Shown: positions 17,784-25,340 of the stretch, one piece after another | Numbering within the stretch: the stretch's first letter is position 1 | Layout of the letters: the number at the start of each line of letters is the position of its first letter | Source: Anaerolineae bacterium | GTDB taxonomy: Bacteria; Chloroflexota; Anaerolineae; Anaerolineales; RBG-16-64-43 | Direction of reading: 5' to 3' | Length of the DNA stretch: 32,014 nucleotides | Assembly (NCBI GenBank): GCA_041479415.1 | Contig: JBGOXY010000003.1 | Coordinates: forward strand, 1-32,014 | Program-made: the position numbers and the translations under genes | The notes under the pieces: model-generated | What the model was told of the DNA's origin: nothing | What the model saw: only the letters and a program-made list of their open reading frames with translations | The model's database searches: none

Positions 17784-18869
17784 CTAGAAGCGTATCACGT
17801 ATTGCATCCCCCCGACGTGGCGCACCAGCCCCTTGAGCTCCATCATCGCCAGTGCGCTGCTCACCTCTTCGATGGGCAGCTCCGCCCGCAGGCGGATTGC
17901 GTCCACGTGCAGTGGATCGCGCCCCAGGATCTCTAAGAGCCTCGCCTCGGTGGGCGAGTCTGGCAGGAGCATTCGCGCCTGGCGATGCTCGGCGACGCGT
18001 ACCAGATCCAGCGCCAAGGAAATGTCGTTCGGTTCGATCGCTGGCTGAGCGCCATCCTGGATCAGGCGATTGGTCCCGCGCGAGGCGGGGCTGAACACAT
18101 TCCCCGGTACGGCAAATACGTCCCGCCCCTGGTCGGCCGCGTAGCCCGCGGTGAGCAGCGCGCCGCTTTGTTCGCCTGCCTCGACCACGATCGTGGCCAG
18201 TGACAGCCCGGCGATGATGCGGTTGCGCGGCGGGAAGTTGGCCGCATCGGGCGGCGTGCCCGGCGCGTAGTCGCTCACCAGCGCGCCGCATTCCATGATC
18301 TGCTGCGCCAACCGGGCATGCTCCGCCGGGTAGATCGTATCCACGCCGCAGCCCATCACCGCAATCGAACGCCCGCCGGCCACCAGCGCCGCGCGATGCG
18401 CCTCGGCATCGATGCCGCGCGCCAACCCGCTGACGATGGTCAACCCCGCGCCGGCGAGCGTGGAGGCAAAGTGCACGGCGGCTTCACGTCCGTAGGCCGT
18501 CGGGCGGCGCGTGCCAACAATCGCGATCGCCCACTCATCTTGCGTGCTCAGCGCTCCGCGCACATACAACACCGGCGGCCCTACTGGGAGCTCCGCCAGT
18601 CGGCGCGGATACGCACCCTCCTCCCAGGTCAGCACCTCGATCCCGCGCGCCTCGATTGCGGCCAGCAGGGCCTCAGGATCCAGTCGTTGGCGTTCTTCGC
18701 AAAGGGATTCCGTGCTGCGCTCGTCCAACCCGGCGGCGAGCAATTCGTGGCGCGGCGCATGCCACGCATCGTGGAGGGTGGCGAAAGATTCCTTCAGCCG
18801 TCGCACACGCGCTGCACCGACGCCGCGCACGTGATTGAGCGCCACCCAGTACGGACGGTCGCCCGGCAT
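17784..18869 (-). CDS. dprA: DNA-processing protein DprA (Smf)
   Basis: AIVGTR, IVSGLARGID..AH, FPPRNRIIAGLS, VVEAGEQSG.L.TA, FAVPG, C-terminal wHTH. Confidence 0.96.
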   Translation of the reverse strand: MPGDRPYWVALNHVRGVGAARVRRLKESFATLHDAWHAPRHELLAAGLDERSTESLCEERQRLDPEALLAAIEARGIEVLTWEEGAYPRRLAELPVGPPVLYVRGALSTQDEWAIAIVGTRRPTAYGREAAVHFASTLAGAGLTIVSGLARGIDAEAHRAALVAGGRSIAVMGCGVDTIYPAEHARLAQQIMECGALVSDYAPGTPPDAANFPPRNRIIAGLSLATIVVEAGEQSGALLTAGYAADQGRDVFAVPGNVFSPASRGTNRLIQDGAQPAIEPNDISLALDLVRVAEHRQARMLLPDSPTEARLLEILGRDPLHVDAIRLRAELPIEEVSSALAMMELKGLVRHVGGMQYVIRF

Positions 18870-18897
18870 GTGCCCTCCCCCTTGGCGAGACCTGCGC

Positions 18898-18927
18898 AGA
18901 ATACCACGAGGTTTGCGGAATGGTCAA
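18898..18927 (-). promoter_or_regulatory. Putative sigma70 promoter of dprA-manC-topA
   Basis: Minus strand TTGACC-N18-TATTCT with extended -10 TG. Confidence 0.55.
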
Positions 18928-19125
18928 GCGATGCAATTGTGCAACGTGTGAGGGACTCTCCGGAGGAAGCGAGTTCGGTTGTTTATGGCGCTCGCGCACG
19001 CCCGCCACATGCATTCAGCAGTCCAATCAGCGTGATGGTTGCTCTGCGTGTGCCGTTCGCGGAGCACACGATGATGGATGGCGCGTGATGGTCATTGCGC
19101 TCAGCGCTCCCCACAAATCTCACCC

Positions 19126-19154
19126 TTGAGGTTAGAACATGTGTTCTATATACT
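19126..19154 (+). promoter_or_regulatory. sigma70 promoter of the PolB cassette
   Basis: TTGAGG(19126-19131)-N17-TATACT(19149-19154). Confidence 0.75.
19133..19148. promoter_or_regulatory. LexA (SOS) box, Gram-positive/Chloroflexota type
   Basis: TAGAAC-ATGT-GTTCTA matches GAAC-N4-GTTC and lies inside the -35/-10 spacer. Confidence 0.85.
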
Positions 19155-19217
19155 GTAGCTGCGTTGAAGGACGAAAGCCCTCCGTCGTCGCGACGAGGGG
19201 CGTGGCATACACCCTCC

Positions 19218-19484
19218 GTCATTCCGACGGCGCGTAGCGCCCGAGGAATCTCGGCTGGCGATAGGAAAGAGGGTTGCGAGCAAGGGGCGGCCTCTCCGTG
19301 TAGGGGCACGCCATGGCGTGCCCCTACACGGAGAGGCGAAATCGCCATTGCGAGCCCCGGTGGGTTCCGGGGCGAAGCAATCTTGGAGCGGCACCGCCAC
19401 AGAGTAGCAGGTCGTGCACAAGCCTCTCCCAGATTGCTTCGTCGCACTGCACCGCTGCGCGGTGCAAAGCTCCTCACAATGACA
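19218..19484. repeat. Cluster of REP-like palindromes in the leader of the PolB cassette
   Basis: GTCATTCCGA..GAGGAATC (19218-19250); perfect 48-bp palindrome 19290-19337 with GTAG-REP core; inverted pair CATTGCGA..CGAAGCAATCT (19346-19383) and AGATTGCTTCG..CACAATGACA (19431-19484). Confidence 0.85.
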
Positions 19485-19511
19485 AACGCAACTACGGTCG
19501 AAGGTGGTGGC

Positions 19512-20180
19512 ATGGTGTATCCCCAAATGCTGGTACGCAGAGTTGAAAGCGAGGCGGTCACACCGCTGCCGCTGGCCGCGGTGGGCCTGGTGGCGCTGCA
19601 CGGCACGGCGCTCATGCCGGTGGCGTTAGCCACGGTCGCCCGGCTCGCCGCGCAACGCGGCCCGGTGTGGGTGGTGGATGGCGGCAACTGCTTCGATGCG
19701 TTATGGGTCGCACGTTTCTTGGCCTCCAGCACGCCGGGCGGGCCGGCGCCGCACCTGGCGCTGGCGCGCATTCACGTCTCGCGCGCGTTCACCTGTCATC
19801 AACTGACCGAGCGTCTGCTCACGCTGCCGGCCTCGGCCAGCCCGCTGGTGATCCTCGGCCTGCTCGACACCTTCTACGACGAGAACGTTCCCTACGAAGA
19901 GACGCGCCGCCTGCTCAACTGCATCTGGCCGGTGGTGCGCGATCGCAGCCGGGCGGCGCCGGTGCTGGTCACGCTGGCCGCACCGCGCGAGACGGAGGCC
20001 GCCGGACGGCGTGCCTTCTTCGAGACCTTCCTGCGCCTGGCCGATCACACCCTCGGCCCTGCGCCGGAGGTTGCGCGCCCCTCGCCGCAGCTGCCGCTGT
20101 GGCACGCGCCGGCGGCAGGCATACCCGCCGCGTGCGAGGTGCCTGCCTTGCTCCACGCACCGGGTGCCGCGGCGCAATGA
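19512..20180 (+). CDS. Inactivated RecA/RadA-fold protein (iRadA/ImuA-like)
   Basis: No Walker A GKT (GLVALHGTALM instead); VWVVDGGNCFD, LARIHVSRAFTCHQL and LVILGLLDTFYDE follow the RadA core order; ATG 19512 after AAGGTGG. Confidence 0.75.
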   Translation: MVYPQMLVRRVESEAVTPLPLAAVGLVALHGTALMPVALATVARLAAQRGPVWVVDGGNCFDALWVARFLASSTPGGPAPHLALARIHVSRAFTCHQLTERLLTLPASASPLVILGLLDTFYDENVPYEETRRLLNCIWPVVRDRSRAAPVLVTLAAPRETEAAGRRAFFETFLRLADHTLGPAPEVARPSPQLPLWHAPAAGIPAACEVPALLHAPGAAAQ

Positions 20181-20236
20181 CATCGGCGGAGGAGGGGCGC
20201 GCCTCGCAATGACAATCGAGATATTCGGAGGTACGT

Positions 20237-20545
20237 ATGGGACGCACGTTGGCTTCGGTCACCCAGCAGGTTCAACTCGAAGAAGAACGCTTGCAACGTT
20301 ACCGCCGCGCGCTGCCACACGACGACCAGGCGCTGTTCGACCAGCTCTTCGCCTTTGCCCGCAAGCGCATCGCCGCCACGGCCATGGCCGCCGACCCGCT
20401 GCCGATGCAGACCCTCCTGCTCAGCATGCTGATCGGCCTGTTCCACCTGCTGGCCCAGATGCACGCACGCCTGGAGCGGCTCGAGAAGGCGGCTCCCACA
20501 GCGAATGAACCCCGACCTGTCCTGCCTGCGCGGCTGGATCCTTGA
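20237..20545 (+). CDS. Small alpha-helical PolB2 partner protein (arCOG07300-like)
   Basis: RBS GGAGGT; MGRT..S......E...YRRAL...DQ..FD.LF..AR....A......P.P....LLSML pattern of the small protein encoded beside archaeal PolB2. Confidence 0.78.
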   Translation: MGRTLASVTQQVQLEEERLQRYRRALPHDDQALFDQLFAFARKRIAATAMAADPLPMQTLLLSMLIGLFHLLAQMHARLERLEKAAPTANEPRPVLPARLDP

Positions 20546-22871
20546 CCTGTACCCGAGCCCGGAGGGCATGGTGCTGTGGCTCATCGACGAGACGGGCCAG
20601 GCGCACCGGATGGTCGAGCCCTTCCCCATGGCGCTCTACGTGGGCGGGCCCTCGCGGGTGCTGGCCGCGCTCGAGCACACGCTCGGGGCGCGCTACCCGC
20701 ATCTGCGCCTGGCGCGCGCCAGGCGCTTCGATATCTTCCTCGACCGCGAGATCGAGGTGCTCGAGGCCACCGCGCCTAACCCGATCGCCTACCGCGCGCT
20801 GTTCCGCGAACTCGATGAAGAACACCCGCACCTGGCTTTCTACAACGTCGATCTGAACCCGGCCCTGGTCTACGGGCTTGAGCGCGGCGTTTTCCCTCTG
20901 GCTTATTGCGCGGCCCAGGCCGAGCAGGGCCGGCTGCGCAGCCTGGTGGCCGAGGACTCACCCTGGAGCCTGGATTACACACTGCCCCCGCTGCGCATGC
21001 TCACCCTACGTCTGGGCGGCGACCTGCGCGATCCGGGTCACGGTTACCGCGGCCTGCTCGAGATCGGCACAACCCAGACCACCTACCGCTGCCGCTGGGA
21101 GAACCCGCGCGTGCTGCTCACCACGCTGCGCGCCGCGATGTATGCCATCGATCCGGATATCTTGCTCACGGCCTGGGGCGATTCGTTCATCCTACCCGAG
21201 ATCTTCCGTCTCTCCGAGCGCGAGGGAATCCCGCTGCCGTGGAATCGCGACCCGGCCATTCCCCCGGCGCGCAAGCGCGGGCGCTCGTACTTTTCCTACG
21301 GGCAAATCGTCTACCGCGCCCCCTCCATCAGCCTGTTCGGGCGCCTGCACATCGACCGTCAGACGGCGTTTCTCTCCGACGAGTACGGGCTCGACGGCAT
21401 GTACGAGCTGGCGCGCATCACCGGCCAACCGCTGCAGCAGGTGGCGCGCACCTCGACCGGCACCGGTATCAGCGCCATGCAAGTGGCCACCGCGTACCGC
21501 GAGGGCTGGCTTATCCCCTACCGCAAGCGCGAACCGGAGTCGTTCAAGACGGCGCTCGAACTTATCCGCTCCGATAAAGGCGGGCTGAGCTTCCAGCCCG
21601 AGCCGGGGCTGTACGAGGACGTGCTCGAGCTCGATTTCGCCTCGCTCTACCCGAGCCTGATGGTCAAGTTCAACCTCTCGCCCGAGACGGTAAAGAAGAA
21701 GTGCCCGCGCTGCCGGCCGCAGCTCGTGCCCGAGATCGGCTATCCGGTCTGCCGCTGCAAAACGGGAATCGTGCCGCTCACCCTCGAACCGGTGGTGGCG
21801 CGGCGGCTGGCCCTCAAGCGGCTGGCCAAAGGATTGTTCGATCACCCCTCTCAAGAAGCGGGTGCAGCCCGAGAGGGCGACACGGACGACGAGCTCGAGG
21901 TGGCCGCGCGGCCCGATGAACGCAAGCGCGAGATGTACCGCCGCCGCCAGCTCGCGCTCAAGTGGCTGTTGGTGACCTGCTTCGGCTACCTGGGCTACAA
22001 GAACGCGCGCTTCGGGCGCATCGAGGCGCACGAAGCGACCACGGCTTATGGGCGCGAGATGCTCCTGCGCGCCAAGGAGATCGCCGAGGCGCGCGGCTAT
22101 ACCTTCCTGCACGGGCTGACCGATTCGCTGTGGGTGCACAAACGCGGCGCGACGCAGGCCGAGCACCAGGCCCTGGCCGACGCGATCAGCCAGGCCTGCG
22201 GCGTGCTGATCGGCTTGGAGGGGGTCTACCGTTGGGTGGCTTTTCTGCCCTCGCGCGTGCGCGCCGAGCTTTCGGTGGCTACCCGCTACTTCGGCCTGTT
22301 CGAGAGCGGCGAGATGAAACTGCGCGGCATCGAGGTGCGCCGCCACGATACCATCCTGTGGGTGCGCCAGGCGCAGCAGGCCATGCTGGCCATCCTGGCC
22401 GAAGCCCGCAACGCCCGCGAGTACCGCCGGCGGCTGGAGGATGTGTTCTCCCTGGCGCGCACGCTGCTGGCTCGCCTGCGCAGCGGCAAGGTCCCGGCCG
22501 CGCAATTGCTCATCACCAACCGCCTCTCCCGCAAGCCGGGCGAGTATCGCTCGCGCCAGGCGGTGGCTCTGGCCGCGCGCGAACTCGAGGCGCGCGGCGT
22601 GGCCCTGGCGCCGGGCGAAAGCATCGAATACATCCTGACCGCGGGCGGCGGCGCGCGTCCTTTTGAGGCGTGGTCGGCGGAAGATCGCTACGACGTGGCG
22701 CGCTACGAGGAATTGTTCATGCGCATGCTCGAGACGCTGGCCGTCCCAGCCGGGCTCGGGCGCAAGGAGATCGTCGAGCGCCTCACCGGCATCGGCCAGC
22801 CGGAACTGCTTGGCAGCGATGACGTCATTCCGCCGCCCGAGACGCGTCCAAGAATCTGGTCCTCAACATAA
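20505..22871 (+). CDS. Family B DNA polymerase, PolB2/Dpo2-like, exonuclease-inactive
   Basis: Motif A DFASLYPS, motif B KWLLVTCFGYLG, variant motif C HGLTDS, K.RGIE.RR.D; N-terminal GWILDLYP; Exo acidic residues not recognisable. Confidence 0.92.
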   Translation: MNPDLSCLRGWILDLYPSPEGMVLWLIDETGQAHRMVEPFPMALYVGGPSRVLAALEHTLGARYPHLRLARARRFDIFLDREIEVLEATAPNPIAYRALFRELDEEHPHLAFYNVDLNPALVYGLERGVFPLAYCAAQAEQGRLRSLVAEDSPWSLDYTLPPLRMLTLRLGGDLRDPGHGYRGLLEIGTTQTTYRCRWENPRVLLTTLRAAMYAIDPDILLTAWGDSFILPEIFRLSEREGIPLPWNRDPAIPPARKRGRSYFSYGQIVYRAPSISLFGRLHIDRQTAFLSDEYGLDGMYELARITGQPLQQVARTSTGTGISAMQVATAYREGWLIPYRKREPESFKTALELIRSDKGGLSFQPEPGLYEDVLELDFASLYPSLMVKFNLSPETVKKKCPRCRPQLVPEIGYPVCRCKTGIVPLTLEPVVARRLALKRLAKGLFDHPSQEAGAAREGDTDDELEVAARPDERKREMYRRRQLALKWLLVTCFGYLGYKNARFGRIEAHEATTAYGREMLLRAKEIAEARGYTFLHGLTDSLWVHKRGATQAEHQALADAISQACGVLIGLEGVYRWVAFLPSRVRAELSVATRYFGLFESGEMKLRGIEVRRHDTILWVRQAQQAMLAILAEARNAREYRRRLEDVFSLARTLLARLRSGKVPAAQLLITNRLSRKPGEYRSRQAVALAARELEARGVALAPGESIEYILTAGGGARPFEAWSAEDRYDVARYEELFMRMLETLAVPAGLGRKEIVERLTGIGQPELLGSDDVIPPPETRPRIWSST

Positions 22872-22884
22872 CGGTGCGGCCCTT

Positions 22885-22994
22885 GTTGGGGCACGCCATG
22901 GCGTGCCCCTACGGGATAGAGCTGCCTCGAGATTGTTGGCCTCTCATACACCGCAAGCCGGGATTCCTCGGGCACCGTGTGCCCTCCGAATGAC
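22885..22994 (-). repeat. Composite REP-like element (inverted relative to the copy at 19218)
   Basis: GTTGGGGCACGCCATGGCGTGCCCCTAC (22885-22912) and GATTCCTCGGGCACCGTGTGCCCTCCGAATGAC (22962-22994). Confidence 0.85.
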
Positions 22995-23033
22995 AGAGGG
23001 GCTTTTTGGTCCAGCCCGCCGCGCTGCGCTTCA

Positions 23034-23807
23034 TCAGAACCGCCCTTCGCGCAAAAGCGCGAGTAGGTCGCGTGCGCCCTGAACCCCCTGCCCTCGATAG
23101 TGGTTGTTGAAGTACACCAGCGCCAACTCCGACTGTTCTTCGAGTGCTTCCAGCCGTGGCACCCACTCCTTGAGTTCGTCGCGCGAGTAGGTGTAGTCGT
23201 ATCGCTCCCAGGCCTCTTTATGTTCAAACCACTTGGCTGCGTTCCGCCCATGGAAGCGCACGTACCCGATCGGACCGGTAACCACTGAGACGGCCGGCAT
23301 CAGCCCGCGCAACGATGGTTCATCAACACAGCAGTATCCGAGTTGAAGCGAGCGAAGTAGATCGTACGTGGAATCTGCCACCCACCCAGCGTTGCGGAAT
23401 TCCACGACGACCGGTAGATCCCCAAACCCTTCGCGCAATTGCTTCACGTATTCGCGGTTGGGAGGCGTCGCGTGAAAGGCGTAGGGGAACTGAGCCAGGA
23501 TGCAACCCATGCGGCCAGATTCGATCATCGGCCGAATGGCTTCGACAAACCCGTGGAAATCCGGTTCGGCCCGCTCGTGGGTGAGCCCTTGGAATGCTTT
23601 GACCGCGAAGAGGAACGACTGCGGGGTGCGCTTCAACCAGCCTGCAACGGTCTTCGCCGAGGGCACGCGATAGAAGGTGACATTAAGCTCAACGGTGGAG
23701 AACTCGCGCGCGTAGAAATCGAGCCATTCCCGCTCGGGGAGGTCCGGCGGATAGACCGGACCGACCCAGTCCTTGTACGAGAACCCCGATGTGCCGACCC
23801 GGATCAT
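23034..23807 (-). CDS. DUF72 (YecE-like) TIM-barrel protein
   Basis: IRVGTSGFSYKDW.G.VYP, VELN.TFYR.P, F.VKA...LTH, VVEFRN..W, YVRFHGRN, YDY.YS..EL..W, YFNNH. Confidence 0.93.
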   Translation of the reverse strand: MIRVGTSGFSYKDWVGPVYPPDLPEREWLDFYAREFSTVELNVTFYRVPSAKTVAGWLKRTPQSFLFAVKAFQGLTHERAEPDFHGFVEAIRPMIESGRMGCILAQFPYAFHATPPNREYVKQLREGFGDLPVVVEFRNAGWVADSTYDLLRSLQLGYCCVDEPSLRGLMPAVSVVTGPIGYVRFHGRNAAKWFEHKEAWERYDYTYSRDELKEWVPRLEALEEQSELALVYFNNHYRGQGVQGARDLLALLREGRF

Positions 23808-23877
23808 GGCTCACCTCGCACGTGAGCCTATCACGGTGCCGGAAGTGAAACAAGGGTGAGATGGCTCGACCACCCTG

Positions 23878-24966
23878 TTACTTGCGGCGGCGTCGGAGAT
23901 AGATTGCCACGGCACCGATGAATGCCGCCAGCACAATTAGGGTACCCATGGCCGCTGCAGCTAGAAGCGCCGCGCCCCAGGCGGGAAGAGTCTGGGATGA
24001 AGCCTCTTCATCCTCGGGCGTTCGGTTCTCGGGTGTCGCGCCCGCCAGGTTGCCCACCACGGCTTCACTGCCTACCCCCGCCGCACCTTGCTGCCACCGG
24101 TGATAGAAGAGGTTGAGCAACGGCACGAATTCCTCGGTTGCCTTTCGGTTTCCGGCGCGCGAAGGGTGATCATCCTCGGTCGGGTACGCCGTCGTGTCGC
24201 GTCCGGCCGCAAATATGTGCTCCACCACTCCGTCGACAACTCGGTGGTGATGCGTACGCCCCGTCAGCACATTGTAGAAATCGAAAACCGCGACATTCGA
24301 GTAGGGGTAGCCGTTCTCATCGAGCCAATCTTCGACAAGCCACTGGTTGAATGCCCGGGCGTTCTCGCCGTAGGCCGGGTCGCTCACCGGCGGGGCAGTG
24401 ACAACCACGAACAGCTTGTCGGGGCGTGTGCCGAAGTACTCGAGCAGTTGGTTGTAGACGTACTTGGCTCCCCCCACGGAATATCCGCCCTCCTCCGCCG
24501 GGGGATCCTGCGGGGATCCCTCGAGATTCGAATTCGGAAAGCAAGATTTGAAGAGGACGATCTCGTTCTCCCCGCCCGGGTTGGCCTCCAATCGCGTGTA
24601 GCTTGCGTTCTGCCGGTCTTCCGCGAACAGCGCCGCCATGTAGCGCTCACTCGCTGGCCCGCGGAACCACTCGATCCAATCCGGAATGTCGGTCCGATCT
24701 CCGATCGCATCCGGCCCCCAGCTGTAGTTGGTATCGCTGACAAAGTAGTTGTTGTCGGCCAGCGTCAAACCCAGCCCGCCGTTGTCATCGGCCAGCCAAT
24801 TCTCGCCCGTGGAGTGATGAATGAAGATGAGGCGCACCACGCGCTCGGGCGGGTCACTTGCTTGCGTCGCCAGCGCACCGCTTACGGGCCGGGCAGATGG
24901 CTGACTCAGGACCAATCCCAGCGCGAGCGAGGCTGCAATCACAATTCGAATGGCTCTCGGATTCAT
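23878..24966 (-). CDS. Secreted, C-terminally anchored protein with possible SGNH-like hydrolase domain
   Basis: RBS GGGGGAGG; signal peptide MNPRAIRIVIAASLALGLVLS; domain IFIHHSTG...FKSCFPNS...DDHPS; C-terminal TM plus RRRRK. Confidence 0.7.
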   Translation of the reverse strand: MNPRAIRIVIAASLALGLVLSQPSARPVSGALATQASDPPERVVRLIFIHHSTGENWLADDNGGLGLTLADNNYFVSDTNYSWGPDAIGDRTDIPDWIEWFRGPASERYMAALFAEDRQNASYTRLEANPGGENEIVLFKSCFPNSNLEGSPQDPPAEEGGYSVGGAKYVYNQLLEYFGTRPDKLFVVVTAPPVSDPAYGENARAFNQWLVEDWLDENGYPYSNVAVFDFYNVLTGRTHHHRVVDGVVEHIFAAGRDTTAYPTEDDHPSRAGNRKATEEFVPLLNLFYHRWQQGAAGVGSEAVVGNLAGATPENRTPEDEEASSQTLPAWGAALLAAAAMGTLIVLAAFIGAVAIYLRRRRK

Positions 24967-25340
24967 CATTCCTCCCCCGGGCGCCTTGAGGCCAATTTGC
25001 GGGATGCTTACAACTCGCCGGTCACCGGCGCGCGAGTGGCACGCGCCTCGCTCCTCTACCCCGATTCTGCGCCCTGCGTGTCCTACCCATCGCGACAGGC
25101 TCGAATGCCCCATGTGGCCTCTTCTGCAGCCGATTATCCCTCCGCCCTCCGACAGGCGAGCGGCGCGTCCGACAAAGCAAAGTTCGGAAACACGCATCAG
25201 ACAACTCTCGTCCACGCCGGGCCCTAGATTCGCTCCGCCCCACCCGCAAGGTCGCCTCGCTCATCATGTATACTTGCGGGGCACACTCCGCGGTATGCCT
25301 TATCCCATCCTGCCACAATCTCAGAACATGGAGGCCTTCC

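Noticed and set aside
19095-19511. Long N-terminal extension of the 361-aa ORF 19095-20180
   Set aside because: It runs through the promoter, LexA box and repeat cluster; RecA-like sequence begins only near ATG 19512
20505-22871. Prophage, casposon or pipolin origin of the PolB
   Set aside because: No integrase, Cas1, terminal repeats or structural genes; motifs and partner genes fit the cellular PolB2 type
13861-22994. CRISPR array interpretation of recurring palindromes with fixed spacer
   Set aside because: Units are dispersed over kilobases, in both orientations, not tandem, and no cas genes are present
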